NCBI GenBank assembly: GCA_963749655.1
Contig: CAVVOB010000012.1
Coordinates: forward strand, 192,001 to 256,000
DNA length: 64,000 bases
Direction of reading: 5' to 3'
Origin: Nitrospirota bacterium
GTDB lineage: Bacteria; Nitrospirota; UBA9217
Shown piece after piece: positions 21,903 through 31,102 of the stretch; the first letter of the stretch is position 1; every line of letters starts with the position of its first letter. The position numbers were made by a program, and so were the translations under genes. The notes beneath the pieces are model-generated. The model was given only the letters and a program-made list of their open reading frames with translations. It made no database searches and was not told the DNA's origin.

Positions 21903-23264
21903 ATGTCCAAAAGCATCTTGATCGTGGAAGACGAAGAGACGCTGCGGGAGTCCATCAAGCGGATCTTCACCAAGGAAGGCTACGCCGTGGAAGGGGCGGA
22001 GTCGGCGGAGAAGGGCTGGAGCTGCTGGGCACGAACAGTCTACGACGTGATCATCTCGGACATCATCCTGCCGGGCATGGACGGCATCGAGATGCTCACC
22101 AAGGTGCGGGAGCAGATCCCGGACCAGATCGTCATCGTCGTCACCGCCTATGCGTCGCTCGATACGTCGGTCAAGGCGCTCCGGGCCGGCGCCTACGACT
22201 ACATCATGAAGCCGATCATCCACGAGGAGATCAAGCAGATCGTCCGGAACGCGCTCCGCCAGAAGAGCCTCCAGACCGAGAACGTGCTGCTCAAGCGGGA
22301 GATCGGGAAGGACTACGATTTCAGCAGCATCATCGGCGAGAGCGCCGGCGCTCAAGACCATCTCGACGAGGTCAAGAAGGTCACGGACACCAAGAGCAGC
22401 GTGCTGCTCCTCGGCGAGACCGGCACGGGCAAGGAGCTCTTTGCGCGGGTCATCCACCACAACAGCTCCCGGCGCGACATGCCCTTTGTCCCGATCAACT
22501 GCTCCGCGATCCCCGAGAACCTGCTCGAGACCGAGCTCTTCGGCCACGTGCGCGGCGCCTTTACCGGCGCCGTGGCGACCAAGAAGGGCATCCTCGAGGA
22601 CGCCGAGGGCGGCACCGTGTTCCTCGACGAGATCGGCGACATGAGCCTGGCGCTCCAGGCCAAGCTGCTCCGCGTGATCGAGGACCAGGTGATCCGGCCC
22701 GTGGGCAGCACCAAGGGCACCAAGGTGGACATCCGGTTCATCACGGCGACGAACAAGGACCTGAAGTCCGCGGTCAAGACGGAGCGCGTTCCGCGAGGAC
22801 CTCTACTACCGCATCAATGTCATCTCGCTCCAGATCCCGCCGCTCCGGGAACGGAAGGAAGACATCCGCGTCGCTGGTGCAGCACTACCTGGCAGATATG
22901 CCCAGGAGATGGGCAGGCAGGTCAAGGAGCTCTCCCCCGAAGCCATGGATCTCATGATGAACTACGAGTGGGCCGGGAACGTGCGCGAGCTCCAGAACGT
23001 CATCGAGCGGGCCATCCTCATTTCCGACGGCGACGTCATCAGGCCGGAGCATCTGCCCGGCGGCGTGACGGCCGGGATCGACGTTCGAGCTCGAGTCCTT
23101 CGACCAGAAGCTTTCGATCGAGGACTACACCAAGGCCTTCATCCTGCGCTACCAGGCCGAGTTCAACGAACAGCAGCTCGCCGATCATGCTCGGGATCAC
23201 CCGGAAATCGCTCTGGGAGAAGCGGAAGAAATGGGGGATCCCGAAAGAGCGGCAGGTCACATAG
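21903..23264 (+). CDS. Sigma-54-dependent response regulator, CbrB/NtrC-like (frameshifts at about 22790-23190)
   Basis: REC domain, GETGTGKE, GAFTGA, FLDEIG, WAGNVREL, C-terminal LGITRKSLWEKRKKWGI. Confidence 0.9.
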   Translation: MSKSILIVEDEETLRESIKRIFTKEGYAVEGAESAEKGWSCWARTVYDVIISDIILPGMDGIEMLTKVREQIPDQIVIVVTAYASLDTSVKALRAGAYDYIMKPIIHEEIKQIVRNALRQKSLQTENVLLKREIGKDYDFSSIIGESAGAQDHLDEVKKVTDTKSSVLLLGETGTGKELFARVIHHNSSRRDMPFVPINCSAIPENLLETELFGHVRGAFTGAVATKKGILEDAEGGTVFLDEIGDMSLALQAKLLRVIEDQVIRPVGSTKGTKVDIRFITATNKDLKSAVKTERVPRGPLLPHQCHLAPDPAAPGTEGRHPRRWCSTTWQICPGDGQAGQGALPRSHGSHDELRVGRERARAPERHRAGHPHFRRRRHQAGASARRRDGRDRRSSSSPSTRSFRSRTTPRPSSCATRPSSTNSSSPIMLGITRKSLWEKRKKWGIPKERQVT

Positions 23265-23342
23265 CTTCAGCCATCCGCTCTGTCCCTGATACAGAAAACC
23301 ACAGAACTTGTGTTTCTCTTTGCGCGACATATCCTTTCCCTT

Positions 23343-23619
23343 AAACCTGGAAGGGCAGTTGGAACCACAGATAAACACGGATGAACGCAGATGAAAAAAG
23401 GTATACGAGTGCTTCAAGGATTTGCATTAACGCTCTGACTTATCTGTGTCTATCAGTGTTCATCCATGGTTAATTGTTCTTCAGTCCATCAAAAACCTGG
23501 AAGGGCAGATGGAACCACAGATAAACACGGATGAACGCAGATGAAAAAATGCATACGAGTATTAACGCGCTTATTTATCCGTGTCTATCAGTGTTCATCC
23601 GTGGTTAATTGTTCTTCAG
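23343..23619. repeat. Two tandem copies of a palindromic element with 10-mer periodic arms
   Basis: aaacctggaagggcag..ggAACCACAGATAAACACGGATGAACGCAGAT ... ATC(t/c)GTGTCTATCAGTGTTCATCC(a/g)TGGTTaattgttcttcag, present twice. Confidence 0.9.
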
Positions 23620-23662
23620 ACGAATTCAGTTCATACCCTTCTCCCCACGCTATAATATCCCT

Positions 23663-26600
23663 ATGAAGCTCTCCGATCTGCTCGATATCCGGGTCATAGC
23701 CGTCAATCTCCGGGCACGAGACAAGAAGGCCGCGCTCGAGGAGATGGCCGGCATCCTCAAGAAGGCCGGGACGGATAGACGATTCGCGGGAAGCTGCAAG
23801 GCCCTGCTGGACAGGGAGGCCGCGGGCAGCACGGCTCTCGGCCGGGGAATCGCGTTCCCCCATGCACGGCTCGACCGCCTCAGGGAACCGGTCGCCCTGC
23901 TCGCCCTGTCGCAGAGAGGGCATTGATTTCGGCGCAGGCGACGGGCATCCCGTTCACCTGTTCTTTCTGTTCCTTTCTCCGAGCGAGGCGACGGAGATCC
24001 ATCTCCGGATCCTTTCCCGCGCAGCGGCAATCTTTTCCGACGCCAACCTCTATCACACCATACGGAGGGCCAGGACAAGCCAGACGGTCCTGAGTCTTCT
24101 GCTCCACCACGAAAAGGGCCCGAAGGAAGCCTTTTTCCCCCTCGCCATCGAGGACATCTACCAGGAGCTGGGAACGGACAGCCGCGGGCTTGCGGAAAGC
24201 GAGGCTGCGAAACGGCTCGGCCGCTACGGTCCGAACCTCCTGAAAGAGGTGAGGGGGAAGCCCCTCGTTCTCCGGTTCGTCGAAAATCTTACGAGCTTCT
24301 TCGCGCTCCTGCTCTGGGTAGGCGGCATTCTTTCCTTTGTCGCGGACATGGCCGAGCTCGGCTGGGCGATCTTCAGCGTCATCATCATCAACGCGGTCTT
24401 CAGTTTCTGGCAGGAGTACAAGGCCGAGCGGGCGCTCGAGGCGCTTAAGAAACTGCTCCCCCAAAACGCCCGGGTGCTGCGCGACGGGGCAAAGAAGGAA
24501 GTGCCGGCTACCGATCTCGTGCCGGGCGATATCATCCTTCTGGAGGAGGGCGACGCGGTCTCCGCAGACGCGCGTCTCATCGAAGCCTTCGACATGCGGG
24601 TCGACAACTCCACTCTGACCGGAGAGTCGAAGCCCATCCACAAGACCGCCGAGGCCGTTGCCGACGGCAGTGAGTTTCTCTGGACCGAGCTCCCGAACCT
24701 GGTCTTTGCCGGGACTTCGGTCTCGTCGGGAAACGGAAAGGCGGCGGTCATCGCAACGGGAATGCATACCGAGATCGGCAGGATCGCTTCGCTGACCCAG
24801 GAGCTTGCAGATCGAGAAAAGCCCGCTTCAGCTCGAGATCGAAAAGGTCACGAAGATCGTGACCCTGCTCGCCGTGTCCATGGGCGTCCTCTTTTTCGTC
24901 GTCGGCACCTCCCTCGGCAAGCTGAGCCTTGCCGCTGCCTTCCTTTTTGCCATCGGGATCATCGTGGCCAACGTTCCGGAAGGCCTCCTCCCGACGGTCA
25001 GCCTGTCGCTCGCCATGGCGGTCCAGCGAATGGTCAAACGGCATGTGCTCGTAAAGAGGCTTTCGTCCGTCGAGACCCTGGGATGCACGAGCGTCATCTG
25101 CACGGACAAGACCGGCACCCTCACGACCAACAAGATGACGGCGACGAAGGTCTGGGTAAACGGAAAAACGGTGGACATCAGCGGAGCGCACTACGAGCCT
25201 TCGGGAAGCTTCTACGAACAGGGAGTTTCCCTTTCCCACGAGGAGATGAAGAGCAACGGGCTCTACCAGCTCTTTGACGCGGCGCTTCTGTGCAACAACT
25301 CATCGTTGATCGCGCCGAAGAGGCCGGGAGAGGAGTGGACGATCCTGGGCGATCCCACCGAAGCCGCCCTCCTCGTCATGGCTGCCAAGGGCGGAATAGA
25401 CGTGAGCGCCCGGGCGGCAGCACTTCCCCGGATCGGCCATCTTCCCTTCGAGTCCCTGCGAAAGCGCATGACCAGCGTCAACCTTGTGGAGGGAAAACCC
25501 GTAGCCCATGTCAAAGGAGCGCCCGCGGAAATGCTCGAGCTCTGCACGCGCGTACTTCTGAACAACTGCAGCGAGCCGCTGACCGAGGAGCTGCGGCGTC
25601 AGATCGGCTCGCAGAATGATGCCCTGGCAAAGGACGGTCTGCGCGTGATCGGTGTAGCGGCAAGGCCCCTTGAATCGACCGGGAAGTTCACGGTGGAGAA
25701 TACGGAGCGCGACCTGGTGTTCCTCGGTCTCGTCGGGATGATGGACCCGCCGCGGCCCGAGGTGCCCGGCGCCATGGAACTTTGCCGCAGGGCCGGCATC
25801 CGGACCATCATGATCACCGGCGACTACGGTCTCACCGCCCTCGCCATAGCGCGAAAGATCGGGCTCGCGCGAACGGAAACGCCGCGCGTCGTGACCGGGC
25901 TCGAACTCGACGGAAGCGACGACAACGGTCTTACGCAGCTTCTGAAGGGCGAAGTGATCTTCGCCCGCGTCACGCCGGAGCACAAGATGAGGATCGTTTC
26001 GAGCCTGCAGCAGTCGGGGGAAGTCGTGGCGGTGACGGGCGACGGGGTGAACGACGCGCCTGCCCTGAAGAAGGCGGACATCGGCGTCGCCATGGGCATG
26101 CGGGGCTCGGATGTGGCCAAGGAGGCCGCGGCCATGATCCTGACGGACGACAACTTCGCCTCCATCGTGTCCGCCATCGAGGAAGGCCGGGCGGTCTATA
26201 CCAATATCAAGAAGTTCATTGCCTACATATTCGCGAGCAATATTCCCGAGGTCGTTCCGTTCATCGCCTTCGCGCTCTTCAGAATACCGCTTCCGCTTAC
26301 GGTCATGCAGATCCTGGCGGTGGACCTCGGCACCGACCTCGTGCCCGCGCTGGGCTTGGGAACGGAACCTCCCGAGCCCGGAACCATGGACCAGCCGCCG
26401 CGGCCGAGAAACAAGCGGCTTCTCGATCTCCCGCTTCTCCTTCGCGCGTACTGTTTTCTCGGACCGATCGAGGCAGCGGCCAGTATGGCCGGGTTCTTCC
26501 TTATCTACTGGCAGAGCGGATGGCGGCCGGGAATGTCCATGGCGGATTCGGGAGCATTGTACGTAGCGGCCACCACGATGTCGCTGGCCGGCATTGTGGC

Positions 26601-26862
26601 CTCCCAAATGGGAAACGTGTTTGCCTGCAGGACCGAACGGGAATCGATCTTCCGCGTAGGATTTTTCTCGAACAAACTAGTTCTTTGGGGTCTTGCGACA
26701 GAAGTCGCCATTTTGACAGCGCTCGTGTATACGCCTGTCATGCAGGAGATCTTCGGTCTCGCGCCGCTCGTCTTCCGGGACTGGGCCCTGCTGCTCGTCT
26801 TTCCCCCGGTTCTCCTCCTGCTGGAGGAAGCGCGAAAATGGATTGTAAGAAGGGCACGATGA
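23663..26862 (+). CDS. PTS EIIA(Ntr/Fru)-domain fused P-type cation ATPase, P2C-like (frameshifts near 23915 and 24808)
   Basis: REAAGSTALGRGIAFPHAR, GIDF.AGDG.PVHLFF; TGES, VANVPEGL, DKTGT, TGD, GDGVNDAPALK, SNIPE, DLGTD. Confidence 0.88.
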
Positions 26863-26994
26863 ACGATCCGCCGTACCTGCGCGATTTCCCGGTTTTTTCC
26901 CTGTTGTGAAACCGACCCGCCGTGGTTCAGCTTTGTTGATTTGCCGCTGCGTGGTATACTATTTTATAATTCACCGAACGGAAGACATCTGACA

Positions 26995-27972
26995 ATGAAA
27001 CAGATTACCATCCATGAAGCGATCCTGGACAGCATGAGCGACTCGGTCTACGTCGTGGACCGGCGCATGCGGATCCAGTACGCGAATCCCGCTGCTGAAA
27101 AATTGACCGGGTACTCCTGCGATGCCTCCATAGGGAAGTATTGCCATGCTATCTTTTGTGAGCAGTCGGACCGGTGCGAGAAAGGGTGTCCGCCGAAACA
27201 AGCCATGCTGGAGGAGGCGCCGATCCTCCACCGCGACGCGGAAACGAGGGCGCTGGACGGCACAGTGCGCCGGACGCAGATATCGATCTCACCGTTCTTC
27301 GACGACGGCCGGTGCATCGGGGCGGTCATCGTGATCAAGGATATTACGGATCTCAAGCAGGCGGAGGAAAGGATCAAGCACCAGAACACGTTCCTGACCG
27401 CGGTTATCGATGCTCTGCCTCATCCGTTCTCCGTTATCGACGCCCGGGACTACCAGTTGAGGCTTGCGAATTACGCGGCATACCGCGGCGACATGCCGGA
27501 GCGCATCACCTGTTATCAGCTCTCACACAGCCGTCAGTCGCCGTGCAGCGGCGAGGGCCATCCCTGCCCCATCGAGACGGTGAAGGAAACGGGCCGGCCG
27601 GTGACGGTGGAGCACAGGCACTGCGACGCGGCGGGAACGTGCAGGGACGTGGAGGTCCACGGATATCCGATCTTCGACGACAAGGGCACGGTCGTCCAGA
27701 TGATCGAATACTGCGTCGATATCTCCGAGCGGAAGCAGGCGGCAAAGGAGCGGGAAGCGCTCATTACCGACCTGCAGAAGGCGTTGAACGAAGTCAAGGC
27801 TCTGAGCGGCCTGCTCCCCATCTGCTCATCGTGCAAGAAGATCAGGGACGACAGGGGATACTGGAGCAACGTGGAGACTTACATCAGCGAGCATTCCGGC
27901 GCTGAGTTCAGCCACGGCATCTGCCCCGACTGCATGGAACGGCTGTATCCGGAATTCGTCAAGAAACGCTGA
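26995..27972 (+). CDS. PAS-PAS protein with Cys-rich C-terminal tail
   Basis: Two PAS/PAC repeats (IKDITD, VDISERK), LLPICSSCKKIRDD...FSHGICPDC. Confidence 0.85.
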   Translation: MKQITIHEAILDSMSDSVYVVDRRMRIQYANPAAEKLTGYSCDASIGKYCHAIFCEQSDRCEKGCPPKQAMLEEAPILHRDAETRALDGTVRRTQISISPFFDDGRCIGAVIVIKDITDLKQAEERIKHQNTFLTAVIDALPHPFSVIDARDYQLRLANYAAYRGDMPERITCYQLSHSRQSPCSGEGHPCPIETVKETGRPVTVEHRHCDAAGTCRDVEVHGYPIFDDKGTVVQMIEYCVDISERKQAAKEREALITDLQKALNEVKALSGLLPICSSCKKIRDDRGYWSNVETYISEHSGAEFSHGICPDCMERLYPEFVKKR

Positions 27973-28069
27973 AGCCGGCAACGGTCGTTTCTCCTATTCT
28001 TTTTTCCCATTTTCCCCTTTTTCTGCGTTCATCTGCGTCATCTTCGGACAATATGATGAACGGTTTTCC

Positions 28070-28687
28070 TCAGAGCATGACCATCAGGCTCATCATCGCC
28101 ACGGACCAGATGATGTCGGTGGGCAGCTGAAGATCGCAGGTCGAATCGAAGAGCAGGTCCGCCTTGGCCGGGAATTCCTCGTCTTCCAGCCAGAGCGTCA
28201 CGATAACCGGTATGCGCGGAAGAGGGGCGAGTTGGATCGAGACGTCTCCCAGCCGCACCCGGGGCAGCTCCGCGCCGAGCCGCTTTCCCCTGGCGAGAAA
28301 AGCCTCCCGGTCCTTCCCGTAGGCAGCCGCTATCCTGTCGAGGGGAAGAATGTGAGAGCCCTTCGTGAAGATCTCCCCTCCGCGGATATATTCGAGCTTC
28401 ACCAGCCGGTCGGTGCAGGCGATGTCCCGTGCGCTTACGAGGTACCACAGGACGGACAGCCGAAAGAAATAGCCGAGCTTTTTGAGCAGCAACTCGCTTC
28501 CCTCCGCCGTGCTCGTGATCGTCTTGTCCCTGACCGAAACAGTGAAATCCATGCCAAAGGACGTGAGGGTGTATGATGTTGTTTCTGGATCGTAGGTCAC
28601 GGCTGCGGCCCTGCAGACGAACGCGGGGTCGAGCGATGCCAGTATCTCCCACGCCTTGTTCTCTCCGGGAATGTTCTGTTCAGCCAT
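28070..28687 (-). CDS. DUF3786-family protein
   Basis: PLPRIPV...LW..DEEFPA.A.LLFD motif. Confidence 0.8.
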   Translation of the reverse strand: MAEQNIPGENKAWEILASLDPAFVCRAAAVTYDPETTSYTLTSFGMDFTVSVRDKTITSTAEGSELLLKKLGYFFRLSVLWYLVSARDIACTDRLVKLEYIRGGEIFTKGSHILPLDRIAAAYGKDREAFLARGKRLGAELPRVRLGDVSIQLAPLPRIPVIVTLWLEDEEFPAKADLLFDSTCDLQLPTDIIWSVAMMSLMVML

Positions 28688-28951
28688 GGCGTCCTTTCAA
28701 TACGACATACGGCATGCCGTTTCTTTAATAGTATCAGATTGAGATCCTTTCCTGCAACAGACGACAGCGAATCAGAAGAGGTATAATGTATTAGCGGTAG
28801 GGGCAAACGACCGTTCGCTCTGAGATTTCCTTTAATAGATGACCCATGTGTTCAGACCCTGCCCCCCGGGGACCTTAGCAGGGCAGGGTGATTTTTCCCT
28901 TTATCTTTCCGGGCAACTTTACTATACTTTTGCGCATCAAAGGAGGTAACG

Positions 28952-29803
28952 ATGAACAGAAAAAAAATATTGCGATCGTTGTTCGGAGTCATTGCTTTCG
29001 GAGCAATTGTTTTGCAATCCGCCGCGCCGATACAGGCCCAGGAGATGCAGCCTCCGCCACCGCCTCCTCCGGGGTACGAGCAGCAGGCTCCACCACCCCT
29101 GCCGCCCCCGCCTCCTCCGCCGTCGCCGTATCAGCGGCAGGTGCTTCCTCCGCAGCTTCAGCTGCAGGCTCCGCCCCCGCCCCGTCCGCCGATCGACACG
29201 ACAGGCAAAATGCGGCTCTCTTTGTCGGCTGCGGTCGGATTCGGCTTTGATCCCGTTGACGTCGGACGAACAAATGACGGAGACAAGGTCACGATCAGCG
29301 GCGGCGGCGGTTTCGGCATCGACCTGGGACTGGGATTTGCCCTTACGCCGATTATCGATCTGGACTTTGATCTCGGTGGTCAGCAATCCACGCTGACGCC
29401 CAGCGTGACGAATGCCGATGGAACATTCGACCGGTCCTTTCTGCTGGCAACGGTCAAGTTCAAAGTTCCGACGTCGGAGACCGGACAATTCAAATGGGGC
29501 TTCGGGCTCGGATCGTACAACAACGGAAAGCTCGACATAGACACCACAGGCGCAATAAACGGAGCACATACGATCGTCAAGTACGACGATGCGCTCGGAG
29601 TTCATCTGACCGGCGAGTTCGAGCGGTTCATCGGTCCCGCGACATCGGTCAATTTCGGGGCCAAGATGTATTTCGTGAAGTACAAGGCAAAGTCGGTGAC
29701 GAATAACGGCGCGACCGTACCGGTCAGCGGCCTGGGCAGCGATGTAAAGGACTTCGACGGCAGCGGCATGGACTTCATGATCGGGATCAACCAGTATTTC
29801 TAG
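28952..29803 (+). CDS. Outer-membrane beta-barrel protein with Pro-rich N-terminal region
   Basis: AGGAGG RBS, signal peptide, poly-Pro tracts, beta pattern, terminal YF. Confidence 0.8.
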   Translation: MNRKKILRSLFGVIAFGAIVLQSAAPIQAQEMQPPPPPPPGYEQQAPPPLPPPPPPPSPYQRQVLPPQLQLQAPPPPRPPIDTTGKMRLSLSAAVGFGFDPVDVGRTNDGDKVTISGGGGFGIDLGLGFALTPIIDLDFDLGGQQSTLTPSVTNADGTFDRSFLLATVKFKVPTSETGQFKWGFGLGSYNNGKLDIDTTGAINGAHTIVKYDDALGVHLTGEFERFIGPATSVNFGAKMYFVKYKAKSVTNNGATVPVSGLGSDVKDFDGSGMDFMIGINQYF

Positions 29804-29966
29804 AACTATGTACAAGATAGCTTGAAACAGGGTGATGTCTGTAATACCCTTCACGCCGGCTCAGAGACAGCGATGCTCTGAGCCGGTTTTTTCTGCGGCA
29901 AGCTTCAACTCCGCACCCGCGGTTTGTAGAGCGAAATCTGTTATAGTAAGAATCAGGAGGGCCTCA

Positions 29967-30830
29967 ATGAATGTCTGGCTGAGACTGGCACTCGCGATAA
30001 CCATTTTTTTCGGCGCAGCGTTCGGCGCAGCGATCTGGGTCGGCACCATACGCTGGAACGGGACGACGCACCGGATGATTGAAGAGATTTCGGGTGCCGG
30101 GCCCCGGGATGGAGCGAAGACAGTTTCCTTTCGGGACCTCGACAAGCTTCCCGCGCCTGTGGTCCGTTACTTCCGCATGACGCTCCGGGACGGACAGCAG
30201 GTCATCCGCTCCGCACGCATCGCGCATCAGGGGGAATTCCTCACCAGCCCCGCAACGAACGGCTGGAGCCCGTTCACGTCCCTACAGAATTTTTCCGCAA
30301 ATCCTCCCGGGTTCGTCTGGGACGCAAGCATTCGCTTTGCCCCGCTGATGGAGGTGCGGGTTCGGGACGCATACCTGGCCGGGAAAGGCGCGATGGAAGC
30401 GAGGACCTTTGCAGTTTTACCCGTCATGGACCAGCGCGACAAGACCGAGCTGGACCAGGGCGCCCTGCAGCGCTATCTCGCGGAAGCTGTTTGGTTCCCG
30501 ACGGCGCTGCTGCCGGAAGCGGGCGTTGTCTGGAGCGCGATCGACAACTCCCGCGCCAGGGCGACGCTCGTCGATTGGGGCGTCAAGGTTACCCTCGATT
30601 TCACCTTCAACGAAAAGGGAGAGATCACGCGCATTTATTCACCAAGCAGATATCGCGAAGCAGGCGGGAAGTACGAGCTCACGCCGTGGGTGGTCAGGGT
30701 CTGGAATTATGAGGAACGGGGGGGCATGCGGATTCCGCTCGAAGGGGAAGTCGCGTGGCAGCTGCCCGGCGGCCTGCAGCCGTACTGGAAGGGCAGGATC
30801 GTGGATGCGCAGTATGATTTCGTGAAGTGA
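29967..30830 (+). CDS. DUF6544/DUF6920-like membrane-anchored protein
   Basis: LPAPV.RY, PGFVWDA, VRDAY..G.G.M, RYLAEAVWFPTALLP. Confidence 0.75.
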   Translation: MNVWLRLALAITIFFGAAFGAAIWVGTIRWNGTTHRMIEEISGAGPRDGAKTVSFRDLDKLPAPVVRYFRMTLRDGQQVIRSARIAHQGEFLTSPATNGWSPFTSLQNFSANPPGFVWDASIRFAPLMEVRVRDAYLAGKGAMEARTFAVLPVMDQRDKTELDQGALQRYLAEAVWFPTALLPEAGVVWSAIDNSRARATLVDWGVKVTLDFTFNEKGEITRIYSPSRYREAGGKYELTPWVVRVWNYEERGGMRIPLEGEVAWQLPGGLQPYWKGRIVDAQYDFVK

Positions 30831-30879
30831 ATATTATGTCCAGCAAAGGCATCACGTATTTTGTGCCCGGTGTTTTACC

Positions 30880-30946
30880 GTCATGCCGGACTCGATCCGG
30901 CATCCAGATGTTTGATGGAGACTGGATTCCCGCCTTCGCGGGAATG
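30880..30946. repeat. GTCAT(T/G)CC...ATCCAG-type palindromic repeat
   Basis: gtcatgccggactcgatccggcatccag ... ctggattcccgccttcgcgggaatga; relatives at 40125-40184 and 45962-45988. Confidence 0.8.
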
Positions 30947-31102
30947 AGGAGCTTAGGGGTAGGATCGTGGTTAAGTCTTGCCTCGACGGCCCGATATCTC
31001 CATATATTGTTTAACTGAGTTATTCCCCGGTTCTCATGTGAAATTTTCTCTCCCTTGCTTTTTCCCCTTTCCTGAATTATCTTTTAAACAGAAGGCAAAA
31101 CA

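Noticed and set aside
23343-23619. CRISPR array
   Set aside because: Only two long palindromic units, no regular repeat-spacer period and no cas genes.
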